NCBI GenBank assembly: GCA_035221665.1
Contig: CM069164.1
Coordinates: 12,896,001 to 12,960,000 of the forward strand
DNA from: Okamejei kenojei
Taxonomy: Eukaryota
Reading direction: 5' to 3'
DNA length: 64,000 nucleotides
In this document: piece by piece, positions 14,066-27,800 of the stretch
Layout: every line of letters starts with the position of its first letter
Position numbering within the stretch: position 1 is the stretch's first letter
Program-made: the position numbers and the translations under genes
The notes under the pieces: model-generated
What the model was told of the DNA's origin: nothing
What the model saw: the letters and a program-made list of their open reading frames with translations, nothing else
The model's database searches: none

Positions 14066-14160
14066 GTCTGAAGAAGGGTCTCGACCCGAAACGTCGCCTA
14101 TCTCCTTCGCTCCTTAGATGCTGCTGCCCCCGCTGAGTTTCTCCTGCCTTTTGTGTACCC
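14066..14160 (+). mobile_element. Penelope terminal-repeat fragment with minimal hammerhead core, nested in a SINE
   Basis: CTGAAGA-A-GGGTC-TC-GACCC-GAAAC-GTC at 14068-14095, then the GATGCTGC...GCTGAGTTTCTCC motif. Confidence 0.8.
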
Positions 14161-14889
14161 TGGTTTACTAATACACTTTAGGGGAGGAAATCTGTCATTC
14201 TTACCTAGACTGCCCAATATGTGACGCACCATTAGACTGGCCTCACATATAATGGGCTGATCATATTGTTCAAGTGTGCTTTAAGAATGCTTACATAGAC
14301 TGCCCAATATATTTTATTTATTTATTTATTTATTTAAAAATAAATAAAAATTGATGCCATTAGATTATTCAACCAGCCACCACTATGAAATGGACAAATA
14401 TATAACAAAGCTTCTCCCAAAATGTGGGTTGGACAGGCTGGGATAATGCAGCAGCAGATTCCTAGACACTGCTTTTTGCATTTTCTTGATCCTGCATTTC
14501 TAGAGCATGCTGACGATGAACAACTGGGGCTTCTTGACAGGTGTACAAACATCACAAATGCAGGTTTTTCTTCAGAAAACAACAATATAGTCTGGCTTGC
14601 AGGAAACGTGGCAGCCAACTTGCAAAGAGCAAGATTCCATAAACAGAAAATGACAGATTGCCACTTTAGAGATGAGGACACTGAGACAAGACAAAGGGAA
14701 GAGCTTCCAATGCATCTTCAGCAGGACACCTTCTTGCCTCCAGCAGGGTGGCTTAGTAACTATAGCTAGCCTCCTCTACCTCTTGCAAGCTCCTGGAGCA
14801 GGTGGGGAGACCTACTGTCTGTTCCAAAGCTGGCAACTTACTCTGAAATGGCTCAGGCAGTCTCTGGGCTCATAAACCGAGGCAATAAA

Positions 14890-15332
14890 TAACCATATAA
14901 CCATATAACAATTACAGCACGGAAACAGGCCCTCTCGGCCCTTCCAGTCCGTGCCGACCATTTGTTTTCCCCTAGTCCCATCTACCTGCACTCAGACCAT
15001 ACCCCTCCATTCCCTTCACGTCCATATACCTATCCACTTTACTTTTAAATGTTAAAATCGATCCTGCCTCCACCACTTCTGCTGGAAGCTCATTCCACAC
15101 AGCCACCACCCTCTGAGTAAAGAAGTTCCCCCTCACGTTACCCCTAAACTTCTGTCCCTTAATTCTCATGTCATGCCCTCTTGTTTGAATCTTCCCTACC
15201 CTCAATGGGAAAAGCTTATCCACGTCAACTCTGTCTATCCCTTTCATCATTTTAAAGACCTCAATCAAGTCCCCCCTTAACCTTCTGCGCTCCAAAGAAT
15301 AAAGACCTAACTTGTTCAACCTTTCTCTGTAG
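14890..15332 (-). mobile_element. CR1-clade LINE 3' end
   Basis: YRERLNKLGLYSLERRRLRGDLIEVFKMMKG...TRGH...FFTQRVVAVWNELP; short tandem-repeat tail (AACCATAT)n on the + strand. Confidence 0.92.
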
Positions 15333-15862
15333 CAACTATGCAACAATGTTGAGCCATCCAGTGTCATCCACATCCCCAAAATATATAAGTTTGGAGAACC
15401 CCAAACATTCAATAGCACCAAATGGTCACTGCGTTTAACTCATAAGCAGGAGTCTCAAGTCTATTGAATCTAGTCCAGTGAATAACTGCCTTTGCCATGG
15501 GTCAGCAACTGTTGTCTGCACTGTCCTTGGTTCCTTAAATGGCCAGGCTGAAAGAAACCACCAGGTACCAGGGAGCTGAGCACAATATCACCAGCCAGTC
15601 CCGCGGGAAGTTTCATGGTGATCCCGAGACCAGCACTTAGCCAGAAACCCAGGAGGAAGTGTCCTCCCAAAAACATGGAGAAAAGGGGTTGGGGGAAGAA
15701 ACACAAGTATGGCAGCTGATCCTCGGAATGCAAGCATGGGACATGTGGTCTCCCTGTTCCCTGTGAACCCCCTCCTAGAGAAAGAAAGAAAGAAGTCCGC
15801 ATGGCGTCTGGCCTTGCTTAGAATGAACATTTGGTGTGGGGATCTCATGGTTGAATGTTCAC

Positions 15863-16105
15863 TTTAGTTTAAACACATAATGGAAACAGGCCCCTCGGCC
15901 CACGTTGACCAACACTAGTTACATCCTACACACTAAGGGCAATTAACTTACAAACCGTTATGTCTTTGGAATGTGGGAGGAAACCAGAGACCCACTTGGC
16001 CAAAGGGAGAATGTACAAACTCCGTACAAATAGCAGCTGTAGTAAGGTTTGAACCCAGGTTTCTGGTGCTGTAAGGTCACAAACTCTACCACTGCGCCGC
16101 TGTCA
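15863..16105 (-). mobile_element. tRNA-derived SINE (HE1/V-SINE-like)
   Basis: Reverse complement of the same head (CTCTACCACTGCGCC, TTTGAACCC) and tail (GGAAACAGGCCCCTCGGCCC). Confidence 0.78.
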
Positions 16106-16321
16106 TAGTATTCCTCATGTAGTGATCAAATGCCCAATGTCCTCTTGCCTGTGTGCGGGCAGTTTATACTATTGTCGTTCTCAAACCCAGTGTGCGCCCA
16201 ACTAGGATCTGTGCATTGCACTCACCAAAGCATGGCAGTATGTGCCTGGCCCTTAACGGAGAAGCAGTTTGTTGGTGGAAGGGTTGAATAACGATGAATA
16301 AAAGCTATTGCCAGAAACACT

Positions 16322-16620
16322 AAGGTGGCAGCAGCGCATGACTCTTCTTGCAGCTGCAGGAACCCAGGTTCACCCTCCCACGGTGCCACCTATGTGGAGT
16401 TTGCGTGTTTTCCCTGTGACTCTGTGCGTTTCCTTGAGTGCTCCGATTTCATCCTAGTTCCCAGACATGCTGGTTGGTAGATCAAATGGCTGCTGCAAAC
16501 TACCCTACTGTACGTGGGTGAGGGGTTCATTGGAGAGTTGATAGAGACGGAAGATGGAAAGCAAGTGTGCATTAGTGTAGACATGTGCTGAATGTCAGAG
16601 TGACCATGATGGGCATCAAA
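16322..16620 (+). mobile_element. Degenerate V-SINE-like copy
   Basis: GTGGAGTTTGCGTGTTTTCCCTGTGACTCTGTGCGTTTCC central domain. Confidence 0.6.
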
Positions 16621-19600
16621 TTCTGTCAGTGAAGGCAGATTAATATCTAGCATCCTGAAGGAGCCGGATAAATATCCAGAAGGATTGGGATTTGCAGGAC
16701 AATGGAGGGAGGGGGGAGGGGAATGGGCCTTGGTCTTGCATAAAGCCAGCACATACTCAATGGGACAAATGGCCTCATTCCATAATGTGACAAAAGAGAG
16801 ACAGGAATTAGAGTGGGGAATCTGCAAAACTCTAATCACCAAGGTGAGAGTCTACTGGAATTGCAGCACACAAGACCCATTCCTGCTGGTTGGGGGCACA
16901 AACCAGTCTTCATGCTGGAACATGCAACTCCATGGAAAGACCAAACTTAAACTGTGTTCAGGTCAACATTAGCCCTTCAGTTTTTGACCAGAGCCTACTG
17001 GGCATCAGGAGCTTGCTGTGTCCAAAATGATTGCCTTGTTTCTTTACATTACAAAGGTAACTGCATATCACTGACTGCGAAGTACCTTGGGATGTCTTGA
17101 TAAGATGCTCTGGAAGTGGGCACAGAGGGTGCAGGAAGAATAGAGTCGTAGGACCATGGTAAAGCCCACGTCGCATTGGGCAGTGCCAGTCAGAGTCCTG
17201 GGAAGGTCGGAGTTTCCAAAAGGCTCCAGACTTCTCCCCAACAGTGGTGGCCTCTGTTAATCAACCTTCAATCATTGCATCCCTAAAATAACTCATGTGG
17301 GGAGTGAGGTGGGATACAAATATATCCCACCTCATCACCCGCATTTTTTATTTATTAACAATGTTCATTAATTAGCATTGAGGAAGTGGCAGTATATTGG
17401 CCGATTTGTGATTATCAAATAACCTGGTGACAGGCTTGATCCGAGCTGACATGAGAGTGAACATGTGGAGGAAGTCTGATTGCTGGCAACAGGAGGTTGG
17501 TAATCCAGGGATATCCTTGGTTGTGATATGAAATGACAACATGTAACAAGAGGGTTCTACAACAGTGAACAACTTTGCCACCTTGAGCTCTTATGAACGC
17601 CTCACTATCCTTGGAGCTCGGAGAACACTGGGATCAGCAGCCAAAGCCCATCAAGCAATGGCTGCACCAAGCCTGGAGAACCACAATTCTTATGTACATT
17701 TATCAGCTCATTAATAAAATAATAATTCATGTTCTTGGTTTATTAATTTGTCAGCATACATTCTATGCTTGGGTCTGGAAGATCGATTCCAAATTCAACA
17801 AGGGATATGGGGTAGTAGGAAGAAGAGAAAGGACAAAAGGTGGCAGGTTTGGGATGGGGTGGGGGGGAAATGGAAATTAGCATGTTCACAGGTGAAAATA
17901 TAAAACTACAGGAAAAAAAAGCAGTTGGTCCATCAAGCTGTTCCAACCCATAAGGGATACGATTCCTTATCTTCATCTCGCCTACCCCACACTGTACAAC
18001 CCTTATAATCTCCTCAGAGGAGCAAACAGGGGCAAACCGCCAACTAAGGGAAAACCAGATGCACTGCCTTCTGCAAAGAACAGTTCTCTAGCCCGCTGTA
18101 AGGCTAGCAGATGAAGATTGGATCGCTGGGCGATGGTAAATCCTTCGAACCTACATCCCAATTGGAATCAGTGCCATCAGAATAGGATTGTTTATTCTAT
18201 ATTGGGAGAAATCTTTCCAGAGTTTGAATTTCAAAATCTTTCCTGGTTTATTTTCCTAGACTGTCTCCCAGCTGAAGCCCTTGCAACAAATCGGGCTGGC
18301 AATGCTCAGCATTTACAAATCTTTCGATTCCACTTCTGGGCCAGTACGTGTGTATTAGACTTACACCAAGGAGTAGGGAGGGAGGGCTTATGGACAGACA
18401 ATGGTCAGCAACACTCTTCAGCTGCTGGTCCATCCTTCATGGAATAGGACTTCTAAGTACCTCCAGTAGCAGCTGAAATAGAGCCAGACACTACACTATT
18501 CAAATGAAACCACTTCATGGCTATAGCTGTGGGAGCTCAGCAGTGCCAGCACACAACTAAAAATGGGCCAGTTAATCATTATGAAGTTCTTCCCCTGCCG
18601 AGGCTCCAGAATTTCAAACCTGGACGGCAGCCCATTTTCCATTCAGTTAACCCCTCATGTACAAAGCATTCCTGATGGAACACATACCCTTTTGGTAACG
18701 TCTGCCCTCTGGGTTATAATACACAGTGCAGCCAAAGCCATTCTGCCTAAGTTGTCCATGTCAATGTTTAAGACCTCCCACCTTGTGACCTCCTGTACTC
18801 TTCCATCTTCCTTTTTTATGAATCCAAGCTATTGGGCTAAATCATTTCACTTGGGAGAAACACATCTGGTGTTACATTGCAACTATGGACCATTACTATG
18901 GTAACCATCACATTTCAATATATTATAGACCAAAGTCAACCATTCAGCCCTTTCGAAGGGCTACCTGAATAATTCTGTTTTCCTGCTCATCCCACATAGG
19001 CAAGCAAGAACTTATTTTTTAAGTAATCCAATACCCCTTGCGAGGTTATTATTGAACACACGTTCCTGCCCTCTCAGGCACAGCTTTCCAAATCACAACA
19101 ACTCACTGTGTAAAAACAATGTTTCTCCTTACTCTTTAACAACTAAAGTGGATCTGGATTTTTTCCAACTAAACTTTATTAGAATTTTTCTTGAACACAG
19201 CAAAGCATTTAAAGCAGTTCGTTCCAAGTAGTTTGGGGATAATTTAAGTCTTTGAAGAACATTTTTTACTGTGCTGGTGCAAACTGTCTGCAAGCAAAAA
19301 CAAATAAAATTCGAATTCTTAGACCTCAATCAAGAGCTCAATATGCTAAGGCAAATGGCTGGCACAAAAGTAACAGTGCAGTACTGCAATAAGCATGGCT
19401 GCACTATTAGCGAAGCGGTGCAAGATCGGCAGATCTGCATCCGAACCCGAAAAGGCTCCAATAGTTCATTTGTCATTTTTGTAAACGCAAAATAGCGCAT
19501 ATCAGGTAGTGGTGCTTTTTTTTTTTCATTAGCTTCAGGGGATTCCATGACCCGAGGTGTTGCTTTTTGTGAAGCTTACACATTTTCACTCAAAAAAGGC

Positions 19601-19899
19601 CATGTGGGTTTTCTCAAAGTGTTCTGTTTTCTGTTTCTGTTTCCTTCTTTTCCTTACCTTCCCTACACCACATCCCAAAGGTAAGGGTATTGTGATTTGC
19701 CCCCAAGTGTGGGTGTTTGGCAGGAAGGAAATTGTTGAATAGTTGATGGACATGTTAAAGAAAATAGGCAAGAAGGGAAACAGTTGAGGGTGGGGCAAAT
19801 GGAAGTGAGAGAAATGGTCTGAGGTCAAAAAAAGCATGAACTCGAAGGAGTGAATGCCTTCTTCTTTCTCTACCTTTTATTAAATAAGAAATTAAAAAG

Positions 19900-22800
19900 A
19901 TTTTAAAGGAATTGTTGAAAGGAGTTCTGTCAAAAAAAAATAATCCGCTGCGAAAATTCGCTGCCCCAAAATCGCCGCTGCTAAATATTCAACCCTTTAA
20001 TTAGCAAAAAAAAAAAATAAAAAAAAAAATAATTTTATCAAAAAACAAAAAAAAAAAATCAAACAAGGTTATTCCAACAAATATTCATCAAATCAACAAA
20101 TTCCAAACCCCTTCGAGAGAAACAAAAAAAAAAAAAATCAAACAAAAATCAAAAAAAAAAATCGCTGCAAAATCGCTGCTTTGCATTCTGTTCCTGCAAG
20201 TTCAGCTGGGCTTACGTGTCAAGCTCTGTTTCTGTTCTGCCTGTTCTCTGCTGCTGGTTCTCTGTTCTGGGTTCTGTCACAATAACGCCTGCGTGTCCGT
20301 TGGTCTGGTTCTGCATCAGCCTTTTCCTCGGGGGTTTCTCGGTCATCATTCTGCTACGCTACATCTCTGCTGCTAATATTCAAAAAACCACATATTCACA
20401 AGTCAAATTTCAAAGAAACAAACAAAAACAAAATCACCAAAAAAAATCATACCAAAAAAACAAAAAAAAAACCCATTAGCAGAGCAAATTGTGCCATTTA
20501 AAAGTAAATTCGAAACTGATATTTTTTGATTTATTTTTTCCAATTCCCCTTCTTTGTGTAGGATCTTCCTTATCAGGAATGGGTATTTGGTTGTTTGTTT
20601 GGTTTTTTTTGTTTTGGTTATTTGCCATTTTTCTTCTTCTCTTTCTTACTTTCTATTCCTCCTACTATCTACTAAATTTCTTCTTCTTCTCAAATTCTCT
20701 TATTCTTTTTCTACTTTTTCTAATTCTTTTTTCTCTTTCCTTTCTAATATTTTCTTTTATTCTTATTCCTATTATGTTCATTATTTCTATTTCTATTTTT
20801 TTCTTCATATCTTTTCCTTCTCTTTCTTTTTTTTCTTTCTACTAATTTTTTCTATTTCGATCTTCTTTATCTTCTCATTTCTTCATATTCTAACCAATAA
20901 TAATACTGTCCACTCAGAATATCACATAAACCATCAAATAGTAGCACAAAGCAGCTTAAATTTAAAAAGCAAACTGTATAAATACAACAACCAAATATAA
21001 ATACAAATCACACACCACTTTCCTATTATTTAGTGTTCAGGGTTGGGATCTGGTGCCAACAGAGGCACTGACTTAATAAACGATCTCAAATAAACAAAAA
21101 CAAAAAACAAAAAAAACCACCCATTCATTAGGGGCTAGCTTAGTAGGCAGAACCAAACATTCCACCCTACCCACGATCCCCCGGACAGCTTACAAAATCG
21201 AACACCCATTCTACACAGTCAAAAGAAACCGTCAACGGGTAAATCAACGTCCTGAGTGAACAATAGGACCACACACCCCCACCCACAACACCATACACAA
21301 CCAAGACCAACCCCTCACCCCATCAATACATCCCCTTTCACCATCACTGAACACACACACCTCACAACTAACCAACAAAACCCAACAACCATTTCCCCCC
21401 AACTTCTTCCCCTCAGCTATTCTCCTCCTCCCCACCCCCCCCTCCGCCCAATCCTCTCCCTCTCCATCCTCATGTCCTCTCCAATCCCTCCTCTTTCCTT
21501 TTTAAACCCAATCAAAACTTGAAAACACTTTTCAAAACTATGAACAACCCAATAAAACCTCACACTTATCTCCCCCCCTCCCTTATGTACCACACCATTT
21601 ACAACTTCTTTATTCCACCCCGCTACATAACCCCTAACAATACACCCTCATCTCCTAACCCCCCCCTACACCACACCCACCATCCACAGAACCCAGGCAC
21701 AACACCCCAAACAACCATAGGACTAGTAAATACACCAAACCCTTTCCCCAAACTCACCAAATTCCCCGAATCCCCCCCCCACATCCCCCTACCCCACCCC
21801 CCACCCCTCGTCACCCCCACTACGCAAACGAATCATCATCCTAACCACACATATCAATAACACAATCAATTTCCACGTCCGCACCCACATATAATCCCCT
21901 TACACCACACCATCTCCTCAGGGACCCCCAGCCACTCTCCAAACACATTCATCGGATCTCTTATAACACGTCGGCTAAACCCAGTTATGCTTCCAGAACC
22001 GTGCCCAATAATGAAGCGCGATAATCCAATAAATATTCCCCCCCACCTCCACCCACAAACCCCCCCCCAATCACTCCCACACCCCCTAGTCATCTCACCA
22101 CAAACTAGCAGACACGTGCAGGATCCGCAGCACCTCAACAACCCCTGAAGGCCCCACCCGAATGGCCCCCCCCCCCAACACCCCCTTATAACCCTTCTGA
22201 AATGAGGGCGTGAACGGGCCTCATCAAAAAAGCGAAGCGGCACCTGGGAGGGTGAGCTCCGCCTAATCTCACGGCATCCACATCCAACCTGGGGCGAGTG
22301 GAAAAACAGGGATAACAAATAGAAAAATCCGATTTTATAAATTATTATTATAATATAAAAATATTTATATTAAAAAAAAAAAGGATATAAATATATAAAT
22401 AAATATAAAAATAAAAATGATTAATAAAAAATATAAATAAAAAAAAAATTTTTTATATTATAGAAAAAAATTATATAAGTATATTAAAAAAAATTTAAAC
22501 AAACTCATATTTTTCCGTATTTCCTATAATAATAATATGGTGGGGTGTGTTTGGGCGATTTTTTATTCCACCCACGGACCTTGGGTGGGCAGGCCAAGGA
22601 GAATAAATAATAATTCACAAACACACCATACACCAAACGACACCCACAAAAATACACACCCAACTTCAAAACATCGCCACAAAACACATCGGTATCAAAA
22701 CACCGGAGCAGCCCATGGTGGGGGTGACCCAAGCATCCCCACCCACGAACTCTCCCGCCCCTCGCGCCACCACCAGCATGTAAACCAATCCCAACCCCCC

Positions 22801-25790
22801 GACCAACAAAACACGAATCACCAAACCCCCCCCCACCACACCCCCCCCCCCCCCCTCCCCCACCCCCCATCCCACCCCCGCCCCGCCCCCCCCCCCCGAC
22901 CCCCCCCCACCAACACCACACCCCCTCCCCCCCCCCCCCATACTAAGCTGGTGTCGCCCAACATTCCAAAAGACCCCTTTCCCCTAACACAACACCCAGC
23001 ACCCACCGTACCTACCACACCCCGCAACCTCACCACACCCAGCAACCACCAACTCAGACAACCAAGCCACAACACACACCTACACACCCACATACCCCTC
23101 TGACCCCAACACAGACGCACCACCACCCACCACAAACCACCACCCCCACCACCGCGGCCTCCACACCCAACTACAACACAACAAATCATCACCTCAATAC
23201 AACCACCCACACACACAAACCAACCAAAACAGCTTCCACTCTCCGACCCAACACAACCACCCCCACCAGCACCCGCTCCCCACACTCCCCACAAACCACT
23301 TATTACACCCACCTTCCACCCACCACACTACCGCCCCCCCACACCGAAACTCACACACACAAGACCACAACACCACACACCCACTCACAAACCCATCCAC
23401 CACTCCCACCACCAAATAGCCACAGACACCCACCCATACACCCGCCACGTCCCTGACCTCTCACACAACCCCCCACACCCCACCCCACTAAGCAACTAGG
23501 ACACCTCCGGCCCTACACCCCCACCAACAACACCCACACCAACCGACAAGCACACTCCCATCCCTGCCTTCACACACACACTGAACTCCAGCCCGCCACA
23601 CACACGTGCTGATCACTACACCCCACCCCCACGCCGAGGCACAACCAACTAAACACCAACGCCGCCCGGACCTACTACAGTTCAAGATGACCCCGGTCAC
23701 CACACCCCCTTCCACGCATCGTCGATCCAAAGAATCAAGCGCGACTCCAACAACTCCCACACGCCTGCACCTTTCTCACACTCATCCACCAATAGTTAAC
23801 CTCGCAGCTGGATGCGGCAGACGTCCCGTACCAACCATACTCCCTTACCTGCTCAACTCCGCCCCTACACGTAAACACCTCAACCACCAGCCCCCACAGC
23901 TACAACATCCTATGACACGCCTACACATCTGACACCAACTACCTCTACTTCCTTAAGCAAAAGATCCCTAGCCTTACACCAAATCACAATGCAATTTTAA
24001 ACAACCCACTTAACCACTAGCCACAATTTCCCCACCAGTAATGCAACCACACACATATCAGTGACTCCTCTGGTCTACTTCCTCTCGCGCTGCTGTGGGG
24101 CATTCTTCTTCTCTTCTCTCTTCTCCCTCTTTGTCTCTCTGTCCTCTCTGCGCAGATACAGACTAAATGTTGCCTGAATAATAATGGGTGGTGTGGCATT
24201 TTCTGGTGCCATCAAAATCTATTCCAAATCCTCAATTTCCTAATTCCAATAGTTAAACTGTGTGCCAAAAAGTGCCAACAAAGTTACAACAAACACAAAA
24301 ACAAACGGTTTTTGTTGCCTCATTAAGCGCGGAAGAAGGCTTGGGAAAATAAAAAACAAGAGAGACCAAGATAAAGCCACAGAAAAGGAAATGAAAACAA
24401 AAGTTAAAGTCTGGAGGAATATTAAATGAATAATCCTGGCCTCTAGTTTTTTCAGAAGTCAATCCACACATTTACTCAGCAAATTAACACATCACTAACA
24501 ATATTTTGAATCAAAGAGCAACACAAATGCTGACAAAACTTAGTAAAATAAAACGATTCAAAAGACCCGGCCCCGGGCAGAGAAAAGATCCAAAACACTC
24601 ATGGTTTGAGGTAACGACTGGCACTCTCATTCCAGGTAGTAAAGGATATTCTTGTAGAAACACGGAACTCATGCAGAGATACGAACGACGTTGGTTTGCA
24701 AAAAAGAACAAAGAAAAACAGAGTGTTGGAGTAACTCAGTGGGTGGTTCAGAAGACGACACCCCTAAGAAGAAAAATGGATAGGTGCTGTTTTGGGTTGG
24801 GATCTTTCCTTCACACAAAAACAACCAGAATTTGTGAGGGGGGTGAGGTGGGGATGAGAAAGGATTATGTTTTCTTCAAGAAGGAGACAGGAGGGAGGAG
24901 GGTGGACGTCATGGAAAAACTGCTTCTTCCTTTCTTTTAACTGCTTCTATTTCTAAATTTGAGGTGCAAAAAAAAACATACAGTATTGGAGGCAATTCCA
25001 GTATGTTCAATTTTAAAGAGTTGGGTGAGAGAAAGTCTAAGGCAGGTGTTGGCAACCTTGTTCTGCATAGGGCCAGGACCCATGTCTGTGAGGCGGATGA
25101 TGGCGGGGGGCCACACACATCTATCTCGCCATAGTGTGACAGAAAAAAATACTTTTTTTTTTTTTTTTTTTTGTTTTTTTTTTCCCCGCATTACAAGTTT
25201 TCACTTGTTATTTTTTTTTTTTTTTTATCCAATAGTTTTTCTGCAGTTCACCTCAGGTTCCTCAAATAGTTCCCCCGCGTGCCCCGGGACCGTGAGGGTG
25301 GCTCACATTATAAGTTTATGATATGCATGTATTTTATTTTCCAGGCGGGAGGATGTTGTGTTACGGCTGGTGGGGGGCGCTGCCGTCCCCAGCCCCGACG
25401 CCCCTGCCCCCGGGGAACATGGCTTAGGTAAGCGCGCGGGCGCGCCAGTTCGTCGCTGGCGGGGTGGGACGGCCACATCCGGGCCTGCTCTGGCAGTCGG
25501 GCCCCTCCCCACCCCGCTCCGCCCGCCCTCTGCCTGCGCCCGCCAAAAACGTGCCCGGGACCAACGCTGGCTGCAGAGAGCAAAGGGGGGTTATCCCAAA
25601 CAGAGAAGAACAAAGAGAAAAAACACCACGGAAACTAACAATACAAAGCTCGCGCGCTTCCCCCAAATACCAATGCACCACAAAATAAACCCAAAAATAA
25701 CACATAAAAAAACCAAAAAAACACAGTCAGCTCGCCGTCCCGGGACTGGCTACAGTTCTCAGGTCACAAAAAACGACTTGGGGGGGGGGG
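19900..25790. other. Low-complexity, probably low-quality assembly consensus
   Basis: Abrupt A-rich, T-rich, AT-only and C/A-only blocks with inflated homopolymers and no periodic unit. Confidence 0.75.
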
Positions 25791-25879
25791 GTTTTTAAAC
25801 AACAAACTGCCTGCGGCCAGGATGATTTCAGGTTTTCGGGCCGAATCCCGGCCCGTGGGCCGTAGGTTGCCGAGCCCTG
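25043..25879. mobile_element. Non-autonomous hAT (Charlie-like) element
   Basis: TIRs CAGGTGTTGGCAACC / GGTTGCCGAGCCCTG; perfect 8-bp TSD GTCTAAGG at 25035-25042 and 25880-25887; subterminal GGCCC/GGGCC repeats. Confidence 0.9.
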
Positions 25880-26569
25880 GTCTAAGGGAACAAGAAAACC
25901 CAAACCATATTACTGCCACATCAAGTACAAAAGAAAAGTCAGAACCAGAGTGAAAGTTCATTTTTAAAGATATTTGTGTAACTAGATTCAACATTTTCTT
26001 GCTTCAAGTCATCCAAATAAAGGTTTCTCATGTATTCCAGGTCTTTAATTACAAATAACCTTTTGATAGTAATTGGATCGAGGGATACAGTACTCAGCCA
26101 TTCCTGTTGTGTGCACTTTCTATTCTGGTTTGACATTAACCCTGGCACAGGACACACTTTCTGTGATCTAGTCAGAGACTGCAATGAATGGCGAGTTCAT
26201 TCTACAACTGGTGAGGGAGGGAGAGGGTGATGTACCAGTCAGATTATTTGTCTGTCGCTGCTTTATTTTTGACAAAGGAGCAGGCAGAAAGAAAGTTGTC
26301 TCTGAATGAACCATGCCATTTCAGGAGCAAATCACTTCTGGTTAAGTGGATCAACATGAAGCAGGAGCAAAATGCCTACGTATTTTTGAAGTCTCACAAT
26401 AATTTGTATCATATCACTAAATTATTTGAAGACAGAAGTAATTATGAAACAAATATTTTGTGCCCAGTTACACATGTTCAAAGATATAGGTTTTGAGGAA
26501 CATAATAAAGAGTTGAAAAGAATAGAGGTTTAAGGAGGGAGTTCCAGGCAGATGACCCATAGCTATGGA

Positions 26570-27800
26570 GACACAAGAGCCAGTAGCGGCCAGAATCTTG
26601 AGCAAAATACAAAGTGCTGGAGGTATCTGTGGGTCAGGCAGCATCAGCGGAGGAAATAGATAACATTTAAGGTTGGGTCTGTTCTTCAGTCTGATAGCTG
26701 GAAAAGATAGGTCAGGACAAACCATGGCAGATGGGTATCGATGGGTTGTGGGGGTTGATTGGCAGATGGTGACAAAGGTTAGAAGTGAAAAGTGTCAGAA
26801 AAGGAGCAGCAGTAAAATATAAAGCTGGAGGGTGGGACGTGGGACAGGAGATGAGTGTACGAAGGAGGGGAAAGATGCAGAATGATGGGGTGCTTGAGAT
26901 GGTGGGAGAATGGAGGCAGACTGGGGTGTGGGCAGAGAAGAAAGAGGGGGCAAGGGAGTATTAGTTGAAGTTGGAGAATACATAGTTCATAATGTTAGGT
27001 TGTAAGCTACCCAAGCAGGATATGAGGTACCTTTGCTCCAGTTTGCGTGAGGCCTAACTCTGGCAGTAGAGAAGGCAAAGAACAGAAAGGTTAATATGGA
27101 AATGGTTGGCAACCAAGAGATCCAGCAGGCCTTGGTGGACAGAGCACTAGTGTTCAGCGAAACGACCAGCTACTCTATGCTTGGTCTCGTTAATGTTAAG
27201 GAGGCCACATCAAGAGCATCAAAATGTAGTAGATAAGATGCACATGAACCTCTATCTCAACTGGAAGGGCTGCTGGGGTCCTTGGATGGAAGTAAGAGAG
27301 GGTTGTAGGACATGTTTTACATCTCTTGCAGTTGCAGGGGTAGGAACCCTGGGAGGGAGTGGGCTTGGTGAACCAAGGAGTTGTGGCCGGTGTGGTCTCT
27401 ACAGAAAGCAGAAAGGAGTGGGGATGGGAGATGTGATTAGTGGTGGGATAACATTGACAATGGCAGAAATGTAGGGAATGATGTGTTGAATGCAGATGCT
27501 GGTGGGTGAAAGGTGATGACAAGGGGAGCTCTATCCTTATTCCATCCAGGAGGAAAGAGGAAGTAAGAGCAGAACTGCGGGACTCAGGAGGCATGGATGT
27601 AGGCTCTAGCTACAATAGCAAAGGGGGGAGCAATCGGGAGGATAGACCATGCCTGCTGAAGAAAAGAGGACGTCTTCAATGGACTATGGTGGAAAGCTTC
27701 ACCGCGGGAGTAGAAATGGCAGAGATGTAGAAATTGAGAGTATGGGATGGTGCCCTTGCAAGAAACAGGGTGGGGGTGTGAGGAGGTTATGTCGAGGTGA
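26570..27800 (-). mobile_element. Decayed Penelope-like retroelement, 3' part (GIY-YIG remnant and terminal repeat)
   Basis: Minus strand gives GSYPCNCKRCKTCP and CGLLNINETKHRVAGRFAEH, followed by the GATGCTGCCTGACCC...CCAGCACTTTGT terminal motif. Confidence 0.82.

Noticed and set aside
20216-23932. Many Pro/His/Thr-, Gly/Val- and Phe-rich ORFs
   Set aside because: They are by-products of low-complexity, probably erroneous sequence with few stop codons.
21900-24070. Faint minus-strand resemblance to SMAD6 MH2 codons: GGCTGGGGGTCCCTG (GWGPC-like) near 21925 and GTTGCATTACTGG (VAYW-like) near 24040
   Set aside because: The two hits are about 2.1 kb apart versus roughly 0.45 kb expected. There is no open frame or acceptor, and G-rich noise produces such matches by chance.
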